Shown: positions 40,890-51,894, numbered from the stretch's first letter. The stretch: 64,000 nucleotides of DNA from Pseudohongiellaceae bacterium (GCA_041751425.1 JBGSXL010000013.1:78586-142585), one strand, 5' to 3'. A program made the numbers and translations. The notes: generated by a model not told the origin, from the letters alone.

Positions 40890-42983
40890 ATGAAACAATT
40901 TAAAATTCGCAGAACCGTATGCGGACTGGCCTGCATCGCCGCACTCGCCGCCTGCTCGCAGCAGGAAGATCAGCAGACTGCCACGGACACCATGGACAGT
41001 GAAGCTTCGACCACCGCGAGCACCCTGCAAGCCAGCAATTTGGGAGTAGAACTGAGCAATATGGACCGCACAGTGCGCCCGCAGGACGATTTCTTCCATT
41101 TCGTCAACGGCGGCTGGCAGGCAGCCAATGAGATACCCGCAGACCGCTCGCGCTGGAGCAGTTTTGATGAACTGAGAGAGGCAGCAGAGCAGCATGTACT
41201 GACCATTGTGCAGGAAACTGCAGCCATGACGAATCTGGTTGCGGGCACGGATGAGCAGAAAGTCGCAGACCTGTATCGTTCTTATATGGACGAGGCAACC
41301 ATCGAAGCTGCCGGTACGGCCCCGTTGGTCGCCGACTTTGCCGCCATCAACGGACTGACCACGCATGAGGATCTGGCCTCATACTGGGCGGATACCGAAC
41401 TGTTACCAACTGCGCCATTTGGTTTGTTTGTTGGTCAGGATCAACGCCAGTCTGATCAATATGTGACGTCCATGAGCCAGTCTGGTCTGGGTTTGCCGGA
41501 CCGCGACTATTATCTGAACGATGATCCGCGCTCTCAGGAGTTGCGCGACTTATATAAGGCACATATCAGCAGACTGTTTGAGCTGGCTGCACTGCCTGAT
41601 GGAGAGGGCGCAGCAGAGCGCATACTTGCCCTCGAAACCCGTATCGCCCAGTCACACTGGACAAGGGTGCAGAATCGCGACCGCAACGCCACCTACAACC
41701 GCATGAGCCCAGCCGAGCTAAACGCTGCGGCGCCCGGTTTCGACTGGCCGCGCTTCATCGAGGAGAGCGGTTTAGGTGCAATTGACGCCATTATTATCCG
41801 GCAGCCAGACTACTTCGCAGAGTTTGCGGAGTTCCAGCGTGAGATACCCGTCAGCGATTGGCAGGATTATCAGCGCTTCCATTTGCTGCGTGGAGCTTCA
41901 CCTTTCTTGTCTTCAGCATTCGTGGATGCAGATTTCGACTTCTACAGCCGCACACTGAGCGGTCAACCGGAGATGCGCAGCCGTGAATTACGTGGCGTGA
42001 GTACAGTTGAGCAGGTTCTGGGGTTCATGGTCGGCCAGATGTATGTAGACAGACATTTCCAGCCGGAAGCGAAAGAGCGGATGGACGCGCTGGTAAGCAA
42101 TCTGAAAGTGGCCTTCCGTGAGGCGATAGATGAGCTGGAATGGATGAGCGCAGATACCAAGGCCGAAGCTCAGGACAAACTGTCCAAATTCAACACCAAG
42201 ATTGGCTACCCCGATGTATGGCGAGATTACGATTGTGTAGAAATCAGCGCTAACGATCTGCTAGGCAATATGCGCCGCGGTAACCTGTGTGAATACCAGC
42301 GCATGATTGGGCGTCTCGGTTCACCCGTCGACCGTGAAGAATGGGGCATGACGCCGCAGACAGTGAACGCTTACTACAACGCTACCATGAATGAAATCGT
42401 ATTTCCCGCCGGAATTTTGCAGCCACCCTTCTTCAATGTGGAAGCGGATGACGCTGTTAATTACGGTGCGATTGGCGGTGTGATTGGCCATGAAATTACG
42501 CACGGGTTTGACGACTAGGGGCGTCATTCAGATGGTGACGGCAACCTGCGTGGCTGGTGGACAGATGCTGATGGCGCGCAGTTCAGCGAGCGAGCACAAC
42601 GCATGATCGACCAGTATTCAGGTTACGAGCCTATAGAAGGGATGCGCATTCAGGGCGCGTTGGCTCTGGGTGAAAACATTGCCGATCTTGGCGGGTTGAC
42701 AGTTTCCTACCGCGCTTACCAGCATTCTCTGCAGGGGCAGGAAGCGCCTGTCATTGAAGGCTTTACGGGCGCACAGCGCTTCTTCATGGGTTGGGGGCAG
42801 GTGTGGCGCGTCAAGTTCCGTGACGAAGCCCTGCGCCGCCAACTGATCACTGGCCCGCATTCTCCGGGCATGTACCGTGTGCTGGGCGTGCTCTCCAATA
42901 TGCCGGAGTTCTACGAGGCTTTCGGCGTTGAGCAAAGTGACGGTATGTATCGACCAGAGAATGTTCGGGTGAAGATCTGGTAG
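40890..42983 (+). pseudogene. M13-family zinc metallopeptidase (PepO / neprilysin-like) interrupted by one in-frame TAG
   Basis: Lipoprotein signal (LAALAAC). HEITHGFDD is followed by TAG at 42516-42518, where the family has Q. The same frame continues GRHSDGDGNLRGWWT...GENIADLGG to 42983. 42603-40890 is a multiple of 3. Confidence 0.8.
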
Positions 42984-42990
42984 CAGGTTA

Positions 42991-43896
42991 TCAAAAACCG
43001 CTCCAACTCAAGCCCAGACGAACACTCCAGAAATCACCATTGCGAGATTCTCGCAATGGTGGACGTTTGACCTGCAAGGGGGTATAGGAGAAGGCGGCAC
43101 TCCAGTGCCAGTTGGCTGAGGAGTAAAAGGCAGTCCCCAGAGACGCGGTGAGCAAAGTGCCATCTGCGGTTAACGTTGACTCGTCGAACACAGCAAACAC
43201 TCTCGCTTGCACACGCGCTTCCGGATGGATACGTGTCCATGCCAAAGCGACGTAGGGTTGCCAGCGTTCATTGGAAAGTAAATGCGAAAACATAATCTCG
43301 ATACCCTCATGATCCAGAGAGCTTCTGTCATCAGAACGCTCCCTGCAACCAAACGGATTGCCAGCTGAGCCCGGAGGTTCGGCAACAACATCTTTGCTGC
43401 AGGCAATGTCTCCGCGCGCATGGCCACGCAACATGAAAACGCGGCCACCCAAGTGCCAGCGATCGAAATGTAGGAGTGGTCGCTGAATCGCCAGACCGAA
43501 GAGGTCAACAGGTTTGACGCCATTGATTTTCAAGGGCGGTGTCCAGGATAACTCTACAGTGAAGTCAGAAGGCAGGCCCAGTTGGAGGCGTCCTCTGCCG
43601 AAAACTGGAGACTTGTTCATGTCTTCGAACTTGAAACCACCGAAACCTACGCGCTGTTCTTCGGTGCTCAATCTGGGTATCGAACCCAGCTCTGCAGATA
43701 CATTGATTTTCCAGGGCTCTAACCTAGCAGGAGGTAATGCGCCCAGATTCAGTGTGGCCGCAATGGTGTGAGCCATTGCCCACCCCTCAGGACTGTCTAA
43801 GGCAACCTTTTCCCGTTCCTGAGCTTGCAAAGCCACAGGAACGGAAATTATGAAAGGCAAAAGTATACCGATTGCATATCTGCTTGAGTTTTTCAT
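42991..43896 (-). CDS. outer-membrane beta-barrel-like hypothetical protein
   Basis: Signal peptide (ISVPVALQAQ), alternating beta-strand pattern and a terminal Phe (LSWSGF). The start is at ATG 43896. Confidence 0.55.
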   Translation of the reverse strand: MKNSSRYAIGILLPFIISVPVALQAQEREKVALDSPEGWAMAHTIAATLNLGALPPARLEPWKINVSAELGSIPRLSTEEQRVGFGGFKFEDMNKSPVFGRGRLQLGLPSDFTVELSWTPPLKINGVKPVDLFGLAIQRPLLHFDRWHLGGRVFMLRGHARGDIACSKDVVAEPPGSAGNPFGCRERSDDRSSLDHEGIEIMFSHLLSNERWQPYVALAWTRIHPEARVQARVFAVFDESTLTADGTLLTASLGTAFYSSANWHWSAAFSYTPLQVKRPPLRESRNGDFWSVRLGLSWSGF

Positions 43897-43910
43897 GTTA
43901 ATAGTTCTCT

Positions 43911-45017
43911 TCAATCTCGATTGAAGCCATTGCGTATAAAGTTGGTTACATCTGTCGCGCATTTTGAATTCGCGTTGTCGGCACAAGATGCTGGGTTGCC
44001 AAACGGCATACTGTTGTTGTTATACAGGCGCAAAGTCTCAAAGGGCATGGTTACCGAGTGCAGCAGGCTGGGACCAAGCACGGTGCCACCCCCGGTTGAA
44101 CCGTGGCAGGAAGCGCAGAACTGCGCATAGCTCATCTGGCCCGCAGCGATACTCTCAGCCAGTGGATTGGCGGGTGGGCCAGGATCAACTGGCGCGGTCG
44201 GAATGTCGATGACGCTGACAACGGAAAGATCACCAAAGCGCACAGGGCTTTCGCTGATAAGGCTCATATTAAGTTCATAGCGCTCACTACCCACATTGAC
44301 GCCTGGAATATAAAGTAAGCCATTATTCTGGAAGCGCGCTGCTCCGTCTCCTGCAAAAATTCCAGCGCCATAGACATAGGCCTCGCTGAGCGTAAACTCG
44401 AATGGATTCTCCCGGGTCAGTTGCAAAGAGACGTTTACGGCGCCCATGCCAGGGACATCTACCACGGGCAGGTTTACTACCGCCGTGTCAGCATGAAAAG
44501 TAGCAATAACGGCTACAGAAAGAGTCGCTGTTTGACTGGCAAAATTTCTTGGGTTAGCCGCTGCAACAGACCCGTCCGCACGCAATGCCTGCGCACCATT
44601 CCTCGGTAGTTGTTCGCGCTGATAACTGAAGGAGTGAGCCCCAATCAACTCCACGATTCCACCCTCCGTGCGGATAAATCCAGTTGGCAGGGGATAATCG
44701 ACCGCTAGCCCACTTGCTGCAACAAACGCTGTGGTTCCGAGCAGGACCGACCGATTGGCTGTCTGGCCAGTGAGATTTGTAGCGAATGTATAGGTCTCAC
44801 CAGGATTGCCATTGGCGTCCAGAGTTCGGATCACACGACCCGACAGATTTTGTTGGTTCTCAGTGCTGGTTGAAAGTTTGATGTATTGCACCGTTCCATC
44901 CGCACTGGAGAATATTTCATCGATGCGCCAAGCATCAAACGCGTAGATCGGATTTGCCAGTAAGCAGGAAACAGCCAGTACAGCCAGACTGTCCCGCATT
45001 GATAGACGTCCACTCAT
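43911..45017 (-). CDS. secreted protein with a lamin-tail-like N-domain and a C-terminal c-type cytochrome domain
   Basis: Signal peptide (LLANPIYA), WRIDEIFSSADGTVQYIKL (LTD-like) and a C-terminal CASCHG heme-binding motif. The start is at ATG 45017. Confidence 0.65.
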   Translation of the reverse strand: MSGRLSMRDSLAVLAVSCLLANPIYAFDAWRIDEIFSSADGTVQYIKLSTSTENQQNLSGRVIRTLDANGNPGETYTFATNLTGQTANRSVLLGTTAFVAASGLAVDYPLPTGFIRTEGGIVELIGAHSFSYQREQLPRNGAQALRADGSVAAANPRNFASQTATLSVAVIATFHADTAVVNLPVVDVPGMGAVNVSLQLTRENPFEFTLSEAYVYGAGIFAGDGAARFQNNGLLYIPGVNVGSERYELNMSLISESPVRFGDLSVVSVIDIPTAPVDPGPPANPLAESIAAGQMSYAQFCASCHGSTGGGTVLGPSLLHSVTMPFETLRLYNNNSMPFGNPASCADNANSKCATDVTNFIRNGFNRD

Positions 45018-45105
45018 GTTCCTCTCCTTTGAGTCAGTATAGCCTGGCAAAGAATAGCGTTTTTTTTATATATTGTGGGATTTTGTCTAATACAAATTCG
45101 GAGAC

Positions 45106-46050
45106 TCAACGCGGTTCAATAGCTGCCAGGTGTTGCAGCACAGATAGCAAGGCTCCTAGCCAGCCGAGCAAAGCGCCGCCACCTGGCAGCACCAGGACAG
45201 AGAGCAGCCCTGGTCCCTGCAGAACCATGTCACTGCCATACAACGCCAACAAATCCATAATGGGGCCGCGAAAAAACAACAGCAACAACAGCAAACTCAG
45301 CCAGGCAAACAATCCGCCCAGCAGTCCGTACCAAAACCCGGTGTACAGGAAGGGTCGCGCGACAAAACTGTTACTGCCGCCGACCAGCTTGACTACCAGA
45401 ATTTCCGCACGCCGACTTTCGATTGCCATGCGAATGGTATTGCCCACCACAAACAGAACGGCCACGGCCAGAATCAGAACCAAAGCATTCACAGCCCGCT
45501 CGATGATGCTGACCAAACTCTGCAGCCGTTGCAGCCACAACAGATCCAATTGTGCGAACTCTACTTCGGGCAGCGCCTGCAACTCGGAAAGTAATTGTTC
45601 TACCTGACCCGCATCCATACTGACCGGATAGACTACCAACACCGCCGGCAGAGGATTATTGCCCAGCGCATCGATGGCATCCGCGAAACCTGATTGTTCA
45701 CGAAACTCTGCTAATGCTTGCTCCGCAGAAATATAATTCAGACCGCGCACAGCAGGGTTAGCTTGCAGCTCCGCACCAATTTCTGTGGCTCTTGGTTCAG
45801 GCACTTCCTGATGCAGGTAAAGTGAAATCTGATTGATGTCGTTGATACCGCTGCCCTGCCCGGTGACGTTATTCATGATCACGGACAGTACAGCGGGCAG
45901 AAGTAATGCAATACCAATTACCGTAACTGTCATCAGACTGGCCAGTGGCGCACGCCACAATCTCCGCAAACTGTCGACGGCCATTTCGCGATGATGTTGC
46001 ACACGTGAACGCAGTTGACCACTTGCGGACTTGGGTGCAGATCGTTTCAC
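45106..46050 (-). CDS. ftsX: cell division ABC transporter permease FtsX
   Basis: Follows ftsE with a 4-nt overlap. It has four TM helices and a large periplasmic loop. Confidence 0.9.
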   Translation of the reverse strand: MKRSAPKSASGQLRSRVQHHREMAVDSLRRLWRAPLASLMTVTVIGIALLLPAVLSVIMNNVTGQGSGINDINQISLYLHQEVPEPRATEIGAELQANPAVRGLNYISAEQALAEFREQSGFADAIDALGNNPLPAVLVVYPVSMDAGQVEQLLSELQALPEVEFAQLDLLWLQRLQSLVSIIERAVNALVLILAVAVLFVVGNTIRMAIESRRAEILVVKLVGGSNSFVARPFLYTGFWYGLLGGLFAWLSLLLLLLFFRGPIMDLLALYGSDMVLQGPGLLSVLVLPGGGALLGWLGALLSVLQHLAAIEPR

Positions 46051-46736
46051 GATGGGCGACCTCCACTGGCAATGTGTGTGGTGTCCGAAACAAGCACGCC
46101 GTTATCCAATGTCAACATGCGGTGCTGCAGGCGGGTAATCAGGGAAAGATCGTGACTGGCAATCAACATGCTGACACCAATCTGATTGAACTGTTCGAAT
46201 AGCAGCATAATTTCCGCGGCAAGCTCCGGATCCAGGTTGCCGGTCGGTTCATCGGCCAACAGAATCTGCGGACGATTCACCACTGCGCGGGCAATACCCA
46301 CACGCTGTTGTTCGCCACCCGAAAGAACGATGGGATTCAGTTTTTCTTTTTTCAACAACCCGACCTTATCCAGAGCAGCGCGCACACGACGAGCGGCTTC
46401 ATGCTTGTCATAGCCTTCTATCTGCAACGGCAACGCAATATTGTCGTACACGCTACGATCAAACAATAACTGGTGATCCTGAAAGACAACCCCTATACGG
46501 CGTCGATACGTGGGTATCTGATGGCGCGGCATGCGATTAAGATTTTTGCCATTGACGAGTATCTGACCCTGGCTGGCAATCTCCATCAGCATTATCAGTT
46601 TCAGCAGGGTACTTTTGCCAGCTCCGGAACGGCCGGTAAGAAATGCCATCTCGCCATTGTTTAATTCGAAGCTGACTTGTCGCAGTGCATCGTGGCCGCC
46701 GGGGTAGCGTTTGCTGACATCGTCAAACGTAATCAT
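46047..46736 (-). CDS. ftsE: cell division ATP-binding protein FtsE
   Basis: Walker A (GRSGAGKST), signature (LSGGEQQR) and Walker B (LLADEPTG). Confidence 0.95.
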   Translation of the reverse strand: MITFDDVSKRYPGGHDALRQVSFELNNGEMAFLTGRSGAGKSTLLKLIMLMEIASQGQILVNGKNLNRMPRHQIPTYRRRIGVVFQDHQLLFDRSVYDNIALPLQIEGYDKHEAARRVRAALDKVGLLKKEKLNPIVLSGGEQQRVGIARAVVNRPQILLADEPTGNLDPELAAEIMLLFEQFNQIGVSMLIASHDLSLITRLQHRMLTLDNGVLVSDTTHIASGGRPS

Positions 46737-46754
46737 GTCGGTTAGCTATTCCTG

Positions 46755-47849
46755 TCAGGATTTCACAGACTGCTCGGATACACCGTTTTTAGGAAAAAGT
46801 GCCGCGACGAACTCTTCCGCAATGAATGGACGCAAATCATCGACCTGCTCACCGATACCGATGAACCGGATGGGCAGCTGCAACTCTTTGGCGATAGCGA
46901 ATACCATACCACCCTTGGCGGTACCATCGAGTTTGGTCAAGGTAATACCCGTCAACCTGACAGCTTTGTGAAAACTCTGCGCCTGACTCAGCGCATTCTG
47001 CCCGGTCGTCGCATCCAGCACCAGCATCACTTCATGAGGAAGCTCTGGGTCCAGCTTTCTGAGCACGCGCACAATTTTCTCCAGCTCCTGCATCAGATTG
47101 TCTTTGTTGTGCAGGCGGCCGGCAGTATCCGCAATCAGCACATCAACACCACGTGCTTTAGCCGATTGGTAGGCATCAAAAATCACCGAGGCACTGTCGG
47201 AACCCGTCGGCTGCGCAATCACTGGTACCTGATTGCGTTCGCCCCAGACCTGTAATTGCTCAACAGCGGCTGCGCGGAAAGTATCGCCGGCAGCCAGCAT
47301 CAATTTTTTGCCTCCCCCCTGCAGACGTTTGGCCAGTTTGCCAATAGTGGTTGTCTTGCCCACGCCATTGACGCCGACAACCAGGATCACATACGGTTTT
47401 GCAGAGTCGGGGATGTTCAGGGGCACGTTGCATGGAGCCAGTAGAGCTGTCAGTTCCGCCTGCAGCGAGGCCATCAATGCGTCGGCATCTGCCAGCTGTT
47501 TGCGGTTAACCCGGCTGGTTAACGCCTGAATAATATGATCAGTGGCGGCAATACCCATGTCGGCGGACAGCAGCTGGGATTCGATATCCTCCAGCAATGC
47601 CACATCAATCTCCTTCTTGCCCAGCATCAAGGCGCCGATGCCTTCGCTAAGATTATTGCGAGTGCGGCTTAGGCCCTGCTTCAAACGGCCGAACAGTCCT
47701 TCTTCACTTTTTTCAGATGCAACCGCAGCTGCGGAAGTCGTGTCATTCGGGATGACAGGTGCTGCGTCCGGGATAGCGGAAGACGCAGCAGACTTGTCCT
47801 TGTCTGCTGCAGATTCCTGATCTTTGGGCTTCTTGAGAAAACTGAACAT
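46755..47849 (-). CDS. ftsY: signal recognition particle receptor FtsY
   Basis: Acidic N-domain and the SRP GTPase motifs GVNGVGKTTT, DTAGR and TKLDG. Confidence 0.95.
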   Translation of the reverse strand: MFSFLKKPKDQESAADKDKSAASSAIPDAAPVIPNDTTSAAAVASEKSEEGLFGRLKQGLSRTRNNLSEGIGALMLGKKEIDVALLEDIESQLLSADMGIAATDHIIQALTSRVNRKQLADADALMASLQAELTALLAPCNVPLNIPDSAKPYVILVVGVNGVGKTTTIGKLAKRLQGGGKKLMLAAGDTFRAAAVEQLQVWGERNQVPVIAQPTGSDSASVIFDAYQSAKARGVDVLIADTAGRLHNKDNLMQELEKIVRVLRKLDPELPHEVMLVLDATTGQNALSQAQSFHKAVRLTGITLTKLDGTAKGGMVFAIAKELQLPIRFIGIGEQVDDLRPFIAEEFVAALFPKNGVSEQSVKS

Positions 47850-48070
47850 ATACTGGGTTCCGAGCTATCTGGCTCAATGCAGCGGTATTGGCTTGCGCCG
47901 AGGCCGGATTCTAGCATTTCTCTCTGTGCTTGGACACGCGGGAAAACCCGTAGCCTGTCGACGGGGACATTACTGGTAGTGACGGAGGGGCGCACTGAGT
48001 GCGAGAATAGCGCTTGCATCCAAAGCGCGTTGGCCAACGGGGTTACATGTCAGGGTGAAAACAGCTTAGG

Positions 48071-48709
48071 GTGAAACAACAGTGTGAAGAAATCAATGTG
48101 AAGAAAACCAGTAACAACCTTCGGGTTATCGCAGGCAAATGGCGGAGCCGCAAACTTACATTCCCTGATGTTGAGGGGCTGCGCCCCACGTCTGACAGAG
48201 TGCGAGAGACTCTTTTCAACTGGTTGCAAAATCATATTGTGCAGGAAGACTGTCTCGACCTTTTTGCCGGCAGTGGCGCCTGTGGCATTGAAGCCCTCTC
48301 GCGTGATGCGCGCCATGTCACTTTTATTGATACCTCGGCCTCTGCACTTGCCGCTATTCGCGACAATCTTACTCTGCTCGGTGCAGAGAATCATGATCTG
48401 CAACAACAGGACTCGCTGCGCTGGTTACAGGATAATTCAGCAATGCCCGAAAAATTTGCAAGTGAGCAAACCAGACACAAGGACTTGCGGCAATACGGGG
48501 TGGTTTTTGTAGACCCTCCATTCGCTGCAGGCTTGCTGGAGCGTGTGTGTCTGGCGTTGGAAAGCAGTTGCCTATTGAAAACGCACGCGCTTGTCTACCT
48601 CGAGTCCGGTAGTTCATTTGCCCAAATAAGATTGCCGAAAAACTGGCAGGTGCTGAAAACCAAACAAGCCGGTGCAGTCTTCTTTTGTTTGTGTCAACGT
48701 GTCAGGTAA
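48071..48709 (+). CDS. rsmD: 16S rRNA (guanine966-N2)-methyltransferase
   Basis: LRVIAGKWRSRKL, RPTSDRVRETLFNWL, LDLFAGSGA and DPPF motifs. The start is uncertain (GTG 48071 or GTG 48098). Confidence 0.85.
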   Translation: MKQQCEEINVKKTSNNLRVIAGKWRSRKLTFPDVEGLRPTSDRVRETLFNWLQNHIVQEDCLDLFAGSGACGIEALSRDARHVTFIDTSASALAAIRDNLTLLGAENHDLQQQDSLRWLQDNSAMPEKFASEQTRHKDLRQYGVVFVDPPFAAGLLERVCLALESSCLLKTHALVYLESGSSFAQIRLPKNWQVLKTKQAGAVFFCLCQRVR

Positions 48710-48839
48710 TCTCTACAATCTGATCACCCTGTCGGAGTTTGATAAAACAACAACTATTGGGTTTCATTGAGCAACTGCAACCGATTAGCTAGAATGCGGA
48801 ACCTCAAGTCCAGATGTCTGACGAACAAGCGAGAAAATA

Positions 48840-49328
48840 ATGAGAATAGCTGTGTATCCGGGCACATTTAACCCCATCACCAACGGGCACACTGATCTGG
48901 TGGAAAGAGCATCCGGTCTGTTTGACCATATCATTGTGGCGATAGGAATCAACAAGCAGAAAACTACGTCTTTGGCTGCTGCTAACCGCGTGGATCTTGC
49001 GTCGCAGGTTTTAAGCCATCTGCAAAATGTAGAGGTTTGCGCTTTCGATACGCTGCTGACCGAGTTCGTTAAGCAGCGAGGAGCACGCATAATACTGCGC
49101 GGTTTGCGCACGGTGGCAGACTTTGAGTACGAGTTTCAACTGGTGGGCATGAATCGTGTGCTGGAACCGGACATTGAAACCGTGTTTCTGGCGCCGGCTG
49201 AACATCTGTCTTATATATCATCCACTCTGGTGCGTGAAATTGCCTCTTATGGTGGTGATATTTCCAAGTTCGTGCATCCGGTAGTTGCGAAGGCGATGCG
49301 CGAAGAATACGAGCAACTGCAAAAATAA
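48840..49328 (+). CDS. coaD: phosphopantetheine adenylyltransferase
   Basis: [17 protein letters not shown] and ISSTLVREI motifs. Confidence 0.95.
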   Translation: MRIAVYPGTFNPITNGHTDLVERASGLFDHIIVAIGINKQKTTSLAAANRVDLASQVLSHLQNVEVCAFDTLLTEFVKQRGARIILRGLRTVADFEYEFQLVGMNRVLEPDIETVFLAPAEHLSYISSTLVREIASYGGDISKFVHPVVAKAMREEYEQLQK

Positions 49329-49345
49329 CCGTCTATCAACTCCTT

Positions 49346-50161
49346 TCAAATTTGACATTGCGGGCAGTACACGGTGCTGCGCTGTCCGATGCGAATTTCT
49401 CGCAATGCGCTGTGGCAACTAAAGCATGGCAGCCCTTTGCGGCCGTATACCTGTAACGATTGTTTGAAATAACCGGGTTGCCCCGTGCCGCCGACAAAAT
49501 CCCGCAATGTTGTTCCACCCATAGCGATAGCGCCTGCCAGAACATGTTTGATATTGCCAACCAACTGCGTGTAGCGCGGCGCTGCGATGCGCCCGGCTGC
49601 TCTGCGCGGATCAATACCGCTCATGAACAGGGCTTCATTGGCGTAAATATTCCCCACGCCAACCACGACATTGCTGTCCATGATGAAAGCCTTGACAGGC
49701 ATCTTGCGACCTTTCGCACGTTCCCGCAGGTAGGCCAGGTTGAAATCATCGGTCAGGGGTTCAGGCCCCAGGTGTTTGAGCAGGGGGTGTTGGCCAGGAT
49801 CTGACGCACACCAAAGGATGCAGCCGAAGCGGCGTGGATCAGTATAGCGCAACGTCTTGTTATGATTAAAAACGATGTCAACATGATCATGTTTTCCCGC
49901 AAGCGTGCCGGTCGTCACAATCCGCATACTTCCTGACATGCCCAGATGAACGATAAAGCACGCTTTGCCGGTATTGATTATCAGGTACTTGCCGCGTCTT
50001 GCGACAGACAGAATCGAATGTCCCGGCAATTCGGTGGCGAGCTCGGGGCTGACGGGCCAACGTAATTGCGACTGGCGAATGATGACCTCTAAAACGGTTT
50101 GCTTCACTACATGCGGTGCGATGCCGCGACGGGTGGTTTCTACTTCGGGTAATTCGGGCAT
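49346..50161 (-). CDS. mutM: formamidopyrimidine-DNA glycosylase
   Basis: N-terminus MPELPEVET and a C-terminal zinc finger (CFSC..CPQCQ). Confidence 0.95.
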   Translation of the reverse strand: MPELPEVETTRRGIAPHVVKQTVLEVIIRQSQLRWPVSPELATELPGHSILSVARRGKYLIINTGKACFIVHLGMSGSMRIVTTGTLAGKHDHVDIVFNHNKTLRYTDPRRFGCILWCASDPGQHPLLKHLGPEPLTDDFNLAYLRERAKGRKMPVKAFIMDSNVVVGVGNIYANEALFMSGIDPRRAAGRIAAPRYTQLVGNIKHVLAGAIAMGGTTLRDFVGGTGQPGYFKQSLQVYGRKGLPCFSCHSALREIRIGQRSTVYCPQCQI

Positions 50162-50325
50162 AGCAGGGTTACCTAATGTGTTACATGCATCGTGGAATAG
50201 GGTCTTTCACTGCACAATTGAGTGGTATTTCGGTTGCTACTTTGATCGCTGCATTATAGATTTACCGTACGGACATTAGCACTCTGCACAGATTAATTAA
50301 TTGTCAAGATTGTCAGGGTTTTATC

Positions 50326-51894
50326 GTGAATATTCTAACTACCAATGAGACGCTTCAAAGTGTCGGCATACCCTTCTCCGGAGTATTGCTGGTTCTTGCT
50401 CTGCAAGCTGCAGTTTTTACCCCGGTTTACGCTCAACAGGTAACTGCGCAGCTGGCAAACACACAGCGGTCGGGTGATTCACAAACAGCCAGCTCGGCCC
50501 AGGCTGCCACTGAGCGCGCAGCCGACGCGACAGATATTGACCAAACAAACGTACAATCTGTAGAGCAGGCTATAGTGCCAATCTCTGCCGTAGGTATAGG
50601 CAGACCTATACCTCTGAGTGAGTTTATGGAACCGCTTCTGTTACCCAGTCTTTTTTCGGAGGCGCTGGATGACGAGGATGCGATGTTGTCCGCAGCTGTT
50701 GCAGCGGAGCAGGCTCAGAGCCTGCCGGATCTGCAGTCCTTGAGCGAAGATGAGGCGTTCATGCAGCGCCAGCTGGATATCACCAGTTACGAGGAATTGC
50801 TGGAAAACATGGAGTTGCAGGGCGGCGCCTGGGACCAGACCTTGTCCGAGGAGTTGATGTCGCTGGGTGATTTACTGCAACAGCAGGGCGATTTTAATAG
50901 GGCGTTAGATGTTTACACACGTGCCGCTCACATCAACAGAATCAACCATGGCTTGATCAGTGTGCAGCAGGTCGAACCCATAGAACGAATTGTTGACACC
51001 CATATCGCCATGAATCAGTGGCAGGAGGCGGACCGCCAGCAACGCTATGCGTTTTATGTTCAGTCACGTGCCTATGATCGTGCTGATCCGCGCCTGATTC
51101 CGGCATTAGACAAACTGGCCAACTGGAACCTGGCTACTTCCAGGCAGGGTCTGGAAGGCGAGCCGATCATCAGAATTCTGGAGGCATACCGACTCTATAA
51201 TGCAGCAGCTGCGTTGGTGACAATTCATTTCGGCAGAAGCGACCCCCGTTATGTCAGTTACCTGAAAAACATGACACAGGCGGCGTACCGCCTGGCGGCA
51301 ATTGGTTCCCAGAATGAAATTGACCGCGCTCTGGTGCGTAATGTGAGCGATACCATCAATGTAAGTTCTGTAACAGGTACGCCGGCAAGTCGTCTGAATG
51401 GTTTCGTGGAGGGCGAACAGGCGTTACGCAATATATACGAATTGTATTCTTCAGAGCGCATGAGTAGTCTAGAGGACATTCCCCAACGACGGGCGCATGC
51501 GATGGCGGAGCTGGGGGACTGGTATCTGCTGTTCAATCGCCGTCAAACCGCATTCCGATCTTACAGAGAGGCTTATGACATATTAGCGGAAGAAGGTCCA
51601 GAACAACCAGCGTTGCTGTTTGACCAGCTCGTGTCTTTGCCGGGTTTTATCGACACCAATCAGGCCCAGCTCTATGAAGGGTTTCAGCAGGGTTATGTCG
51701 ATGTGATCATGGACATAAACCAGTACGGCAGAACCAGTAGTATTGATGTGCTTGCGGTCTATCCGGAAGTTGAGTCGCGCGCGAGCTCTGATGTGGTTCG
51801 CCGGGCACGTATGATGACATTCCGGCCGCGGCTCGATGAAAGTGGTCCAGTCATGACCCGCGGTGTCCGTATGCGGTTTCCGTATTGGTATTGA
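50326..51894 (+). CDS. secreted TPR-like protein with a TonB_C-like C-terminal domain
   Basis: Signal peptide (VFTPVYAQQ), helical repeat region, and a C-terminus (GYVDVIMDINQYGRTSSIDVL...VVRRARMMTFRP) fitting the TonB C-terminal pattern. Confidence 0.6.
   Translation: MNILTTNETLQSVGIPFSGVLLVLALQAAVFTPVYAQQVTAQLANTQRSGDSQTASSAQAATERAADATDIDQTNVQSVEQAIVPISAVGIGRPIPLSEFMEPLLLPSLFSEALDDEDAMLSAAVAAEQAQSLPDLQSLSEDEAFMQRQLDITSYEELLENMELQGGAWDQTLSEELMSLGDLLQQQGDFNRALDVYTRAAHINRINHGLISVQQVEPIERIVDTHIAMNQWQEADRQQRYAFYVQSRAYDRADPRLIPALDKLANWNLATSRQGLEGEPIIRILEAYRLYNAAAALVTIHFGRSDPRYVSYLKNMTQAAYRLAAIGSQNEIDRALVRNVSDTINVSSVTGTPASRLNGFVEGEQALRNIYELYSSERMSSLEDIPQRRAHAMAELGDWYLLFNRRQTAFRSYREAYDILAEEGPEQPALLFDQLVSLPGFIDTNQAQLYEGFQQGYVDVIMDINQYGRTSSIDVLAVYPEVESRASSDVVRRARMMTFRPRLDESGPVMTRGVRMRFPYWY

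Noticed and set aside
42603-42983. The 126-aa ORF as an independent gene.
   Set aside because: It is in the same frame as 40890-42518 and encodes the C-terminal conserved part of the M13 peptidase (GENIADLGG...). It is the downstream half of the interrupted gene.
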